Assembly: GCA_017444525.1 (NCBI GenBank)
Contig: JAFSWL010000022.1
Span: 6,646-70,645, forward strand
From: Alphaproteobacteria bacterium
Lineage (GTDB): Bacteria > Pseudomonadota > Alphaproteobacteria > RF32 > CAG-239
Reading direction: 5' to 3'
Length of the DNA: 64,000 nt
Shown here: in pieces, positions 37,643 through 47,648 of the stretch
Position numbering within the stretch: the stretch's first letter is position 1
Layout of the letters: each line of letters begins with the position of its first letter
Notes under the pieces: generated by a model
The model's database searches: none
Told to the model about the DNA's origin: nothing
The model's input: the letters and a program-made list of their open reading frames with translations, nothing else
Made by a program: the position numbers and the translations under genes

Positions 37643-39331
37643 TTATTGCACCCTGACTACACTGCAGAAAACTCCGTTACGTCCTAACTGACTGCAGACG
37701 GAATCACCGCTATCCAAACTCTTTATAGGCCCTACACGCAGATGGAATAGCTCTTTTCCTTGTCCATCTGCCGGTGTATCAACCGAATAGAACGGCTCAT
37801 ATCCACTCAATAATGAGGAATAGCGACCAGACAAATCCTGCCATAAAGCTTCCAAATTATTGACATTGGAATCCGTCCCCAATTCTATCGATAAACTGTC
37901 TGAGGTTTGTCCCTCAAAACCGCTGCCATACTTATATTGCGGGAAATTCTTGCCGATAACGGCACCATCTGCGGTTTTCAATTGCGACATACCGCTGTAA
38001 TCCATATCTCCTGCACATCCATTATTCGGGGCACAAACCGCTCCCATAAGACCATTCATTGAGCTGTTTGAACCGCTGATAGCACCGTTAGGAACATAAA
38101 CACCCCCGCCGGAATTATTTCCGAAACCAGTTCTACCGTCAGTCCCGCTGCTCCCCTTATCTGTACCGGATGCAGCACTTGATGTACTGCTGACTGCTCC
38201 AGCTCCCATACCGGCAGAGCTGCTTCCACCGCTTTGCGAGCCTTGTCCCGGTATTGCCGGAGCAATATCCCACTCATTACTGGTGTCGGCATAGCTTACA
38301 TATTGTGTTCCTTCATCATCAGATCTACGCATCTTTAAGCAAACCATACGCTTACCGCTACGCATAACCATATCGCCTACACCCTCAACGATAATCAATC
38401 TGTTATTTGGTCCTTTGGTTCTAAATCCGACCGGAGTTTCCGAACGTTCGATAATCATCGTCACAATTGGACGCTGTACCATATTTATTGCTTTTTCACC
38501 TAAATCAATATATGTAAATATATCATCATGCCATACACGTTCCGGTGCAATAATCACGTCATCTGGATTAGGTACATAAATTTCAATATCAAAACGAAAC
38601 TTTGACGGATCCATAGGAATACTCTTTAACCAATCTTCTTTTAAGAAGCGACGGGTGAATGTGGCATCAACCGTTTTATCCATTCCAGCCCCGAATCCAG
38701 CAGCGTTTACATGGCCACTGCTACCGCCGGCTATCTCACCGCCGCTCCTGGGACTACCTCCCGATGCGCCGTTTTTACCGACAACATCAATATCTATGAT
38801 GGAGTTTGTTATTCTTTCGGTATTAATACCTTCACTTCTGGCGTAAAATACATATTTATTTCCGGAACGTCCGAGAACGATGACATTAGTATCATTTCCG
38901 ACGGTTGCTCCCGGTTGCGGATATAACATCACGGTATTAGGCGGCATAATCTGCCCCGTAAAAGTACCGGTATCACCGACAAACACATGTTCAACCAACT
39001 CCCATTCCGGAAAATTAATCATTGTAATCATACCTTCACGCAATCTGACCGGCAATACCAGATCAGGTGTCCAATAATATTTAGAATAAGCCGGCTTACT
39101 TTGCCCCTCACCCAAATTCTGTAACGGATCCTGCCATGCTTCCTGAAACATTCCGATAGAACCGAAACCGGCATATCCGAGATTCATTGATTGATAGTTT
39201 CCCTGCGACTGATCCGCCGATTGATCATAACTACTGTTGCTATTATCATCGGTAACCAAACCGGCAGCATAAAGATTGTGCGTAAACAGCATTCCAATCA
39301 TTAATACCAATGTTTTAAAGCTCATTCTCAT
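37643..39331 (-). CDS. virB9: VirB9/CagX-family protein with Gly/Ser-rich linkers and C-terminal SPOR-like domain
   Basis: 562 aa with a signal peptide. VirB9 N-domain-like block (LVLPVRLREGMITMINFP...VIVLGRSGNKYVFYARS) and C-domain-like block (PERVWHDDIFTYIDLG...MVCLKMR). The last 84 aa (nt 37646-37897) resemble SPOR. Confidence 0.8.
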   Translation of the reverse strand: MRMSFKTLVLMIGMLFTHNLYAAGLVTDDNSNSSYDQSADQSQGNYQSMNLGYAGFGSIGMFQEAWQDPLQNLGEGQSKPAYSKYYWTPDLVLPVRLREGMITMINFPEWELVEHVFVGDTGTFTGQIMPPNTVMLYPQPGATVGNDTNVIVLGRSGNKYVFYARSEGINTERITNSIIDIDVVGKNGASGGSPRSGGEIAGGSSGHVNAAGFGAGMDKTVDATFTRRFLKEDWLKSIPMDPSKFRFDIEIYVPNPDDVIIAPERVWHDDIFTYIDLGEKAINMVQRPIVTMIIERSETPVGFRTKGPNNRLIIVEGVGDMVMRSGKRMVCLKMRRSDDEGTQYVSYADTSNEWDIAPAIPGQGSQSGGSSSAGMGAGAVSSTSSAASGTDKGSSGTDGRTGFGNNSGGGVYVPNGAISGSNSSMNGLMGAVCAPNNGCAGDMDYSGMSQLKTADGAVIGKNFPQYKYGSGFEGQTSDSLSIELGTDSNVNNLEALWQDLSGRYSSLLSGYEPFYSVDTPADGQGKELFHLRVGPIKSLDSGDSVCSQLGRNGVFCSVVRVQ

Positions 39332-39346
39332 TTCTTTATCCTAACT

Positions 39347-40099
39347 TTATTCTCTGATTTGTTTGGTTGTATAAGACAGAACCGTAAATCCTACCGGATT
39401 TTTCAGTCTCTCTTTATAAGAAACTCTCTGCGGCACATATTGTACACGCAAACTAGCACGATATTTCAGTTTTTTAGGCGTGTATGATGTCGGCAAATAG
39501 TAATCGGCGCTGTATTCAACCTGCCAATATGATTCGGAAATCTCATTGACGGTAATAATCGAAACATTACTGGTTAAACCGTCTTCTTTCATTCGCTTCA
39601 TCAACTTCGGAGCCGTATTGCTCATAAAATCCTGATAAACAATCGGAGATGACATTTTTTGTAAATCTCCGCCGTTTTGCCAACGTGCCTCCATTTCTTC
39701 AACATCGGAAAGCAACGTTGTTCTTAATAATACATATTGGCGAATAAAAGTCTCGGTTATTGATTTTTTAGCTTCCATATCCCGACTGTACGGAATTATA
39801 TTGTATACTTGCTCATCTTTGCCGGCCAGTGTCAATAAATAAGGTTCTACTCGATATAACGGCAAAATATTGGCAATCGTCAACAACAAAATCAAATTGC
39901 AACACAAGCTTATAGCCGTAACCACCGCAAAAGCGCGAGCCGTCCATAAATATCTTTTTTCGCTTGCATTGACAACCAAATTATCTTCATCTTGCTCTAT
40001 CTCGCGTCTTACGTTCGTACGAGCATTTTGAACCGAACGTTTTTGTCCGGAAGCTATCAAACGTTGCTGTGTGTTATTTACTCCTAACTGAGCTGCCAT
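39347..40099 (-). CDS. virB8: VirB8 family protein (paralog 1)
   Basis: 250 aa, bitopic (TM AFAVVTAISLCCNLILLLTIANIL), with FIRQYVLLRTT and the C-terminal NPVGFTVLSY motif typical of VirB8. Confidence 0.85.
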   Translation of the reverse strand: MAAQLGVNNTQQRLIASGQKRSVQNARTNVRREIEQDEDNLVVNASEKRYLWTARAFAVVTAISLCCNLILLLTIANILPLYRVEPYLLTLAGKDEQVYNIIPYSRDMEAKKSITETFIRQYVLLRTTLLSDVEEMEARWQNGGDLQKMSSPIVYQDFMSNTAPKLMKRMKEDGLTSNVSIITVNEISESYWQVEYSADYYLPTSYTPKKLKYRASLRVQYVPQRVSYKERLKNPVGFTVLSYTTKQIRE

Positions 40100-40114
40100 T
40101 TATCAACACCCCGT

Positions 40115-40303
40115 TTAAATCGTTTCCCAAAACCAATCCGGCACATTTTTAATCACGTCAAGTTGCATGCAAGCGCACGGCGACAACTTGAGCTCGTTGA
40201 CATCTTTACCGATACCGACGGCTTCCGGTTCATAATACGAACCAAACAAACTGCATGCCGACAGAACTAAAAATATAGCAAAAATCAAAAGTTTTTTATA
40301 CAT
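40115..40303 (-). CDS. small lipoprotein, VirB7-like by position
   Basis: 62 aa with signal peptide and lipobox LSAC. Located between two virB8 paralogs and upstream of virB9. Assigned by size, lipobox and position only. Confidence 0.5.
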   Translation of the reverse strand: MYKKLLIFAIFLVLSACSLFGSYYEPEAVGIGKDVNELKLSPCACMQLDVIKNVPDWFWETI

Positions 40304-40334
40304 TTTTATCTCTCTTATTTTGTTTTAGACTCCT

Positions 40335-40396
40335 ATTGAGAATCCTCTCAATTGCCGAGAATACCTGCATTTCGGTGCATTATCCGAAAAATGCAG
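40335..40396 (-). promoter_or_regulatory. two intercistronic stem-loops between virB8 paralog 2 and the lipoprotein gene
   Basis: ATTGAGA (40335-40341) / TCTCAAT (40346-40352), and CTGCATTTCGG (40365-40375) / CCGAAAAATGCAG (40384-40396, with a 2-nt bulge). They lie in an unusually long 146-nt gap for this operon. Confidence 0.4.
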
Positions 40397-40449
40397 ATAC
40401 TCCTCTGTCGATTATATTAAAATAAAAAGATTAAAATAAATTAAACAAA

Positions 40450-41202
40450 TTATTCTCTTATTTCGCTTTGGCTGTATTTTATCACCGTAAACCCTATCGG
40501 ATTAAGTAACCTAGCCTTCAAAAGGCGGCGTTCTTCTAAATATACCGGTGTTACCGAGGCATTATAACGCACTGATTTCAATGTCAATGCTCCGGTATCA
40601 TTACGAGCGCGAGAGAGATTGTAAACGGTGAATTTTACCGACCAAACCGGAGAATTTTCACTCTCTTTTCCAATTTTATCGATATAAACCTCACTCGAAT
40701 ATCCGTTATCAAACATTTTTTCGATAGAGGCTGCATTCATTCCGACAAATTCCTTATATACGTCAGGCGCAGACATATATTGCACAATTCCGCCAGGTCC
40801 CCAGCGTGTCCGCATTTCTTGTTCATCATTAATCACGGTATTGCGCATGATAATATACTGACGCACATACATTTCGGTCAATTGCTTTTCCGACGACATT
40901 TTTTTATCAATAGGCTCATAGCGAACAGTAGTCTCCGAATCCTTTTGATTTATTATCAGCAGTGGTTCTACAACAATTTCGCGAGCCAAACGAAAAATGA
41001 CCAAAGTTGAACACAAGAAAAACGTCAGAGAAACAATAGTGCAAAAGATAACCAATCGTGAAAGCCAACGGAAATATATTTCTTTATTTGAAGTCTTTTC
41101 CTGTCTGACATCTTTAATAAAGTGCGGCTGATAACCGACATCTACTTTCCGCTTTGTATCAGTTATCAATATTTTTTTTGTTCCGTTTCCGAGCTGAACC
41201 AC
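40450..41202 (-). CDS. virB8: VirB8 family protein (paralog 2)
   Basis: Shares VEP, [FY]VRQY, EM..RW..GG, MS.P.VY and NP[VI]GFTV..Y....IRE with paralog 1. GTG start at 41202 (AGGAAAGGG RBS) avoids overlap with the upstream gene and gives 250 aa, identical in length to paralog 1. The ORF-track start is 41292. Confidence 0.8.
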   Translation of the reverse strand: MVQLGNGTKKILITDTKRKVDVGYQPHFIKDVRQEKTSNKEIYFRWLSRLVIFCTIVSLTFFLCSTLVIFRLAREIVVEPLLIINQKDSETTVRYEPIDKKMSSEKQLTEMYVRQYIIMRNTVINDEQEMRTRWGPGGIVQYMSAPDVYKEFVGMNAASIEKMFDNGYSSEVYIDKIGKESENSPVWSVKFTVYNLSRARNDTGALTLKSVRYNASVTPVYLEERRLLKARLLNPIGFTVIKYSQSEIRE

Positions 41203-41227
41203 TTTTTTTCCCTTTCCTACAAAAATA

Positions 41228-44200
41228 TTAATGAGGATATACCGCGCAATACGGACGTGCAAACTGTTGTAAGCGACGTTCACGTTCTTCATCTTGTCTT
41301 TCAGCGGTCTTTTGAGCTATATCCCAATCGGCTTTTGCCGTTTGCATTTCTTCGAGCATATCGGTTTGTGGATCCCAAGAACCGTCAATTGTAACCAGAT
41401 CGCCAGGATAATCCGGAATCAACTCATTTCCCTCGCTATCCATCTGGTATAACAAAGCACGTCTGGTGATATCGGCCACACGCTCTTTGATGGCATTGAC
41501 TTCATCGCCGTCACTAAAAGTACCGTCAGGATTCTCAATGGTCGTAGTCATTTTGACTTCACTTAATTTATTTAATGCTGCAGTAATGGCTTTTTCTTTT
41601 TCCTCAGTCAATTTATCACGAAGCCGTTTATAGTCTTGTTCATTAGCCAAATCAAATTCCTCACCGAACACAAAATCAGTCTCTATCAGAGTTTCCGCAA
41701 GTTCCAATTGAGTGCGCTTAAGATCTTTTTCAGAATTAAGAAGATTATCGGCGGTAACCCTCATAGTTTCTATTTGGTTTAAATAATCTCCCAACTGATT
41801 ATTTTGTAATAACACGCGCGAGGCTAAATTTTGCCGTGAAGTACCTTCTTCATTTCCTTTTTGGCCGTAATCTTCATCATATGCAGACAGGGCATGCACC
41901 AATTCATTATTATAGGTTAGTCGTAAAATTTCAATTTTCTGCGATTTACAGGCCTTTTCTTCACATGACAGATTGCCGCCGCAGCTTTTTTTAGCCGCGT
42001 TGCAAACACTTTTATTAACTTCATACTTTGTCTCCGTATAATATGTCAGAATATTACCGATTTCACTGGCTCTACGCGGACTAACCCAGTCTGAAGCATG
42101 TTTTCCATGCAAAGCAGAAGTTTCTTTATCAAACACTCTCTCGCTGACATGGCGCAAAGCCTGACACTCAGGCACCCCCATAATAACATCTGTTATAGGT
42201 GTCGCAGCATTATACGGCACAGTAGAATATTCCATCCAATCAGGAGGAACCAATGACGGAATATACGTCTGTTTCGGCTCATTCGGATTAGCCGAGCCTA
42301 AATTCTCCGGCTTTTGCGGCTGCTGCAAATCAGCAATTTTACCGGTTGTGTACTGTAAATCACTGTTAACATCAATAAATTGCTGGGCAGGTATTCCCGA
42401 AGATTTACCGTTTTCGTCATAAATAGTCCGCCCGCTGAGGTTTCCTGCCGAATTATATTCAGGCGAACGGCACGGATAAAGACCAGAACGACGAATCGAT
42501 TGCCTTGCACTTAGTGTGCGCATCTGTTCTTCTGAAGTACCGTCTTGCCTGCCTATAAGTTTTTTCAAGTCAAATGAACGTTGAACATAGGTATGCGGTT
42601 TCAATATCCATTTCCATACTTCAGGCACCGTAGATTGTTTAATGCTGTCTTCACCTCTTATATAGTCTTCCGGTGATTTTATCTGCGTATTAGGAGCACC
42701 TCTTAAAAGATCTTCTAAAAACAGTCTTTGACTCAAAAACATTTTGGTATTTTCATTAATACTTTCTTCATCTCCTTTATAATATTTCGAGATTGAAGAA
42801 AAATCGTAATGATCAAAGTAAAATACCTCTCGCATAGGAGCCGAAGTAAACCAATCCGGCGCGCGCGGTGCGGCAAAGTCGTGCGGTAATCCAACAATGC
42901 CGACGAAAAATGCGTCATCTTCGTTTACGCAGAAATCATTGGCACAAATACCGGCAAGAAAGTTCAATGACACGAAAGAATTGCCTTCACTATCGGTAGT
43001 TTCCCCACAAGATGCAATATCCGACGGCGACACACTGCTGATTTTATTTATTAAATCAGCATGAATTGCTTTAAGTTTACCATAATTGCCGGGCATGTAT
43101 ATCTTGCCGGTATCTTGTAACTCAGTCTTAATCTTTTCTTGTGCTTTTTCAATTTGTTCCACAATATATTGACGAGCGCAGCTCATTACCGTAGAAGCAA
43201 TTTCAGCAGGTACAATTTTTGTAATGGCTTCTTCCGGAGTAATAAAACTTCGGCGAGCTGCACGAATCGAAGCAATCAATGCCGCTGTTTCTCGCATTTC
43301 TTGAGCTTCGGCATCACTCATTTGTTTAACATATTCACGCCGAGCCTGATCCAATCTGGCATCAATTTCCTCTATCAATTCTTCCCTTTCTTTTATATAT
43401 TCTTCTATATCCGATGTCTCCAACAACACTTCATCCTTGGTAGAATTTGCTTTTTCCTGCTTAGCTTCTGCTTCCTCTTGCAAATTCTTGTAATTCTGCG
43501 TTTGCGGCATTTCATCAATATCGACATCATCTCTGTTGGCTTTATCGTATAAATCTGCATTATAATCAAGCCCTTTTTGGGAAACATCTATTTCTAAAAT
43601 AGCTTCATTAATATCGCGATTAGCTCGATTATATTTGGCATTTAATTTACTTAATTTCTGGCCTGCTTCGTCTTTTTCAGCAACACGTATTTCCCTTTCC
43701 GTCTCATCTTTCTTGATTTTTGCCTCGTATTGCGCCTTTATTTGTTTAAATATTTTCTCATAATTTTCAATCATCTGATTAATTTGGCCTTCTTCGTTCT
43801 TGAAATAGTCTTGCACTACGGAAGCACTATCTTGTCCGTTTCCGGTACTACTGCCACTGCCAGACAGTCCACTGACCACACCAGCAGCAAAATTCGATAA
43901 CAACATTTGAGTCGGAGCCGTCATAATGTAGTCTTTCATGTTTTCATATTTGCCGTTTATATATTGGTCATAAAACGCCATTTGATCATTCCATAGCGGG
44001 AATTTACGCTTTCTTTTACCAAAATGAACTGTGCCACTGTCATCCAAACCAAAATCCAAATCTCTGGCCACATCTTTCATAACTTCGGCACCTACAGCCC
44101 AACGCATAATACTTTCTTCCTGTGTATCGCTCAACTGTCCTTTTTCTGATTTTTCATCTTTAACTGTGGGCTGATTGCTTTTATCTTCCGGATCTCCCTC

Positions 44201-46351
44201 ATAATCTTCTGGGTTGGCTTCCATATCACTTTTTTTATTGCGGTAATTGTCATCAACACTTTCGATACTGTCGCGCTCAGTTACATAAACGCGTGAAGAT
44301 TGCTCTTCTTCGTCATCTTCATCCTGTTGTGTATCGAAAGTTTGCTCTTCATCATCCGTCCTGCCGGTTTCAGATTTATAAAATTCCCTATATTTGGCTG
44401 CTTTAGTTTTATCAGTATTATAGTCCAAATCCTCCGCATCTGAAGATATAACAACATGGGATGAGTAATCGGCACCCTCGCTGGCATCGGCTTGGATAGT
44501 GATAACAGGCTCTTCATCATACTCATATAAAGCATTGCCGTCAATAGCAGCACGGTATAAATCAACCAAATACTGCATTATACCGCCCTTAGACGAAGTT
44601 TCTACAGCATCAGGACGCTCCGGAAGCGGTTTATCTTTCGATTTACCTGTGCTGTTTTCCTCATCTTCTTCGGTTATTTCCTCCTCGTTTAATAAATCAA
44701 TAAATTCATCAATGTTGATGACATAGCATTTTTCAGAAGAATTATCCGGACATGCCACATCCATTAAACCGATAGATTCCGATGTATCCGTAAAGTCTTT
44801 GTTTTTGGTATAATGGCAAATAACTCTGCCGGACGGAGTGGTTTTAGCCGCATCTTCAAATTCGGTCATACAATCATTGGGGCCGTACCACACTTTATCA
44901 GTTTCATAGTAATAAGGTTTAAGCATATTCATTGCGCATTCACCCGAACGAACAACCATTTGTCTGCTGATGTTATGCAATCTCTCAATATAATGATGCG
45001 TTTTATATAAATCCAAATATCCGGGTAAACGCATCAAGGCATTGTGCATCATCTCGGCGCGTTGCAAATCTTCTTCGGCAGCGGCAATACTTACCAAATC
45101 ATCAAAATTATCTCCTCTGGTGCCAAGCACGTGTTTATAATCTTTAGCACCGTTGCTCAACTCAAAATCACCGCTTAACAAATCATTTTCATCGTCGAAA
45201 ATTGCCTGATATTTTTGTATTTCTTCCTCGGCATCACGTTCTTCTGCCGACATATCTGCAAACATTACGTCAGCCGTAATTTTTACCGAAACAACCTCAT
45301 TAATCCGATTCAACGGCTGATTTAAGGAAGAAGTTTTGTCCCCACCGTTTTCTATTTTTTCTTTGTCCTCGTTATATTCTTTAATTTTAGCAATATTGGA
45401 AATACTGTTTACAGAACGATATTGCGCCAACATAGCCACCAAAAATTCATTATAGCGCATAATGGTATCATATAATGTTTCCGCCTTAATCGCACTATTC
45501 CAAAAGCATACCATATCTTCATTTTTCTTGTTGTTTCCAAAACCAATATCCGTATTTTGAATACTTTCACCACGGTCGCCGCCTTCGTCCGTACTGCCAT
45601 TACATGAAGTTACCTTAATATAATCGCAGAATTGATTTGCAACCAAGCATCTTTCATAGAGTTTTAGTTGTGTAACAATTCCCAAATCTTCCATAGGAAC
45701 ACCTTTTAATTTAGATTCTACCGCGGCTATATTCTCGGTATCGTCTCCTTCCGGTATAACTAACGGTTCTCCAAACAATTCAATTTCTTTGCCTGCAAGT
45801 TCCTTTTGCATTTCCTTGGCTATTATATACATTTCCAGAGTTGTATCAAGTTTAAGCTCTTCCCCCTTCTGAGCATATTCGTACTTGGTCTTGTTATTCT
45901 CGGAAGGATATTGAAAAAACAACTTAATAAAAGCTTTTTTAACCATATCTTCTTTATTGACATCAACTACTCTTTTAACACCTTTAGAATCGGTAACAGT
46001 CGTTTTCTTACAATCTTCGATGGTACGGGAATAAGAAATGATCTTTTGTTTTTTCTTTTCTGGTTGCTTTAACATGTTCAAAGAACTTTTACCCATCATA
46101 ACACCATATTCTTTAGCCAATTGTTTCATTCGGGTTATATCGGTAAAAGAATCAAGCATTGTCTTATTTACAATAACTTCCTTAATTGAGCTGGTCAAAA
46201 TCGCCGCTTCCGACGGACCGCCGGTCAGATTGGCCTGAGGCACAGGTCCAGGAACGGCCGGTGCCGTATCAGGTATAAAAGCTGATGCGGTACTGCTGAT
46301 GAAAGAACTGATAAATAAAATTAATAAACTTTTTTGCAACATGTTCATCAT
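41228..46351 (-). CDS. 1707-aa secreted T4SS-locus protein of unknown function
   Basis: Signal peptide (LLILFISSFISSTASA), no further TM helices, strongly acidic low-complexity region (aa ~555-730), long coiled-coil region (aa ~840-1000) and many Cys. Sits between the virB4 and virB8 blocks. Confidence 0.7.
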   Translation of the reverse strand: MMNMLQKSLLILFISSFISSTASAFIPDTAPAVPGPVPQANLTGGPSEAAILTSSIKEVIVNKTMLDSFTDITRMKQLAKEYGVMMGKSSLNMLKQPEKKKQKIISYSRTIEDCKKTTVTDSKGVKRVVDVNKEDMVKKAFIKLFFQYPSENNKTKYEYAQKGEELKLDTTLEMYIIAKEMQKELAGKEIELFGEPLVIPEGDDTENIAAVESKLKGVPMEDLGIVTQLKLYERCLVANQFCDYIKVTSCNGSTDEGGDRGESIQNTDIGFGNNKKNEDMVCFWNSAIKAETLYDTIMRYNEFLVAMLAQYRSVNSISNIAKIKEYNEDKEKIENGGDKTSSLNQPLNRINEVVSVKITADVMFADMSAEERDAEEEIQKYQAIFDDENDLLSGDFELSNGAKDYKHVLGTRGDNFDDLVSIAAAEEDLQRAEMMHNALMRLPGYLDLYKTHHYIERLHNISRQMVVRSGECAMNMLKPYYYETDKVWYGPNDCMTEFEDAAKTTPSGRVICHYTKNKDFTDTSESIGLMDVACPDNSSEKCYVINIDEFIDLLNEEEITEEDEENSTGKSKDKPLPERPDAVETSSKGGIMQYLVDLYRAAIDGNALYEYDEEPVITIQADASEGADYSSHVVISSDAEDLDYNTDKTKAAKYREFYKSETGRTDDEEQTFDTQQDEDDEEEQSSRVYVTERDSIESVDDNYRNKKSDMEANPEDYEGDPEDKSNQPTVKDEKSEKGQLSDTQEESIMRWAVGAEVMKDVARDLDFGLDDSGTVHFGKRKRKFPLWNDQMAFYDQYINGKYENMKDYIMTAPTQMLLSNFAAGVVSGLSGSGSSTGNGQDSASVVQDYFKNEEGQINQMIENYEKIFKQIKAQYEAKIKKDETEREIRVAEKDEAGQKLSKLNAKYNRANRDINEAILEIDVSQKGLDYNADLYDKANRDDVDIDEMPQTQNYKNLQEEAEAKQEKANSTKDEVLLETSDIEEYIKEREELIEEIDARLDQARREYVKQMSDAEAQEMRETAALIASIRAARRSFITPEEAITKIVPAEIASTVMSCARQYIVEQIEKAQEKIKTELQDTGKIYMPGNYGKLKAIHADLINKISSVSPSDIASCGETTDSEGNSFVSLNFLAGICANDFCVNEDDAFFVGIVGLPHDFAAPRAPDWFTSAPMREVFYFDHYDFSSISKYYKGDEESINENTKMFLSQRLFLEDLLRGAPNTQIKSPEDYIRGEDSIKQSTVPEVWKWILKPHTYVQRSFDLKKLIGRQDGTSEEQMRTLSARQSIRRSGLYPCRSPEYNSAGNLSGRTIYDENGKSSGIPAQQFIDVNSDLQYTTGKIADLQQPQKPENLGSANPNEPKQTYIPSLVPPDWMEYSTVPYNAATPITDVIMGVPECQALRHVSERVFDKETSALHGKHASDWVSPRRASEIGNILTYYTETKYEVNKSVCNAAKKSCGGNLSCEEKACKSQKIEILRLTYNNELVHALSAYDEDYGQKGNEEGTSRQNLASRVLLQNNQLGDYLNQIETMRVTADNLLNSEKDLKRTQLELAETLIETDFVFGEEFDLANEQDYKRLRDKLTEEKEKAITAALNKLSEVKMTTTIENPDGTFSDGDEVNAIKERVADITRRALLYQMDSEGNELIPDYPGDLVTIDGSWDPQTDMLEEMQTAKADWDIAQKTAERQDEERERRLQQFARPYCAVYPH

Positions 46352-46364
46352 TCCCTCCTAGTCC

Positions 46365-47648
46365 TTAAAAGAAGCCTTTTATTTTGTTTTTAAGACCATC
46401 CTTAAATTTATCTTTGGTCTGATTTTTAAGTTTTGCCAGTAAATCTTCTTTAGTCAGCAAATAATCGTCGAGGTTAAACTTGGTAAAATCTTTGTCATAA
46501 TCGCGAAGTCTGTATTTGTTTTTCCACTTTATCATTTCGCTTGTGGTTTGCAATTGCATCATTGCCAGCATAATTTCCAAATATCCGGCGGCGGCAATGG
46601 AATTTTGCAATTCAACACACTGACGCAAGCCTAATGCTCCGAATACACCATCTGCTTCCTTTGTAGAAGCGTCTGCGCAGGCAACGCTGTGTTCATTGGT
46701 GGTTGTTATACTATCCCTAGTAACTACAACTGTTTCCAAAGCATTTTTTATTGCGTCATAATATTCACGATTGCGTTCATCCACAACACGTTGCACATTT
46801 TGTGGGTTATCAGTCTCATCTTCGCGCAAAAAGAGTTTGCTGATGGCTGTTTCATATATTTCGTCTTCTTCTTTATTTGGATCAATACCGAACAACTCCA
46901 TTAATTCTGTTTGCATCAGCGCTTGAACTTTATCTTCTGATAATTCAGCTGATGCTTCCTCTATTTTCTTTTTCAATTTATTCATTTTACGTTTGGTTTT
47001 TCTCACTTTACTTGTTGTCATAACATCTTTTTCATCGTTTTGTTTGATTTGCAAGGCCATATCGGCAATAGCTAAATCCAATGCATCCAATTGCGCCACT
47101 CTTTCCGGTGTAGATTCCTGTTCAATTAAGGAATCAAGAGCACTCCGCTGTGATTGCAAAAGTACCATTTGCTTCTGCATGGCCATTTTCTTATTCAATT
47201 TTTCTTTTTCTTCGGCCTCGATTGCATCATTCATTTTCTTTTCCCACTCATTATATTCTTGAGTTAGTTCTCCCAGTTGACCTGTCAATGCCTCCATCAA
47301 ACCCTTTGTAGAGTAATCACTGGCAGCATATTGACCTTTCGCTACATCTACAGCAACGTCCGCCGATTTTTTCAAGATTTTTACATACAACTTTTCACTT
47401 TCATTATCTTTCGGTTGCAAAGTTTTTCCATTCAGCTTTTCCATAATCGTTGCCGTCATACCTTCGTCATTTTGCATATCTTTCAGGATTTTGGTACCGA
47501 TATCGGTTATGATTCCGGAAATGGAATCCAAATAAGCCAGTGCATACACCTGCGGTGTATATAAACTCAAGGCACAGCAAATATATATAACAAACAGAAA
47601 TATTGATATTCCGCTATTTTTGATTATTGTTCTCGTCGGCTTTCTCAT
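46365..47648 (-). CDS. secreted or anchored coiled-coil protein (427 aa from the chosen start)
   Basis: Start placed at ATG 47648 (AAGGAG 5 nt upstream), overlapping the upstream gene by 35 nt. One N-terminal hydrophobic segment, and the rest is helical and charged. The ORF-track start is 47732. Confidence 0.6.
   Translation of the reverse strand: MRKPTRTIIKNSGISIFLFVIYICCALSLYTPQVYALAYLDSISGIITDIGTKILKDMQNDEGMTATIMEKLNGKTLQPKDNESEKLYVKILKKSADVAVDVAKGQYAASDYSTKGLMEALTGQLGELTQEYNEWEKKMNDAIEAEEKEKLNKKMAMQKQMVLLQSQRSALDSLIEQESTPERVAQLDALDLAIADMALQIKQNDEKDVMTTSKVRKTKRKMNKLKKKIEEASAELSEDKVQALMQTELMELFGIDPNKEEDEIYETAISKLFLREDETDNPQNVQRVVDERNREYYDAIKNALETVVVTRDSITTTNEHSVACADASTKEADGVFGALGLRQCVELQNSIAAAGYLEIMLAMMQLQTTSEMIKWKNKYRLRDYDKDFTKFNLDDYLLTKEDLLAKLKNQTKDKFKDGLKNKIKGFF

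Noticed and set aside
43139-43552. 137-aa plus-strand ORF, and similar ones at 45806-46072 and 50581-51005, inside the secreted-protein genes
   Set aside because: They are antisense to long coiled-coil CDSs rich in GAA/AAA codons. The translations are Phe/Leu/Ser-rich and there are no start-site signals.
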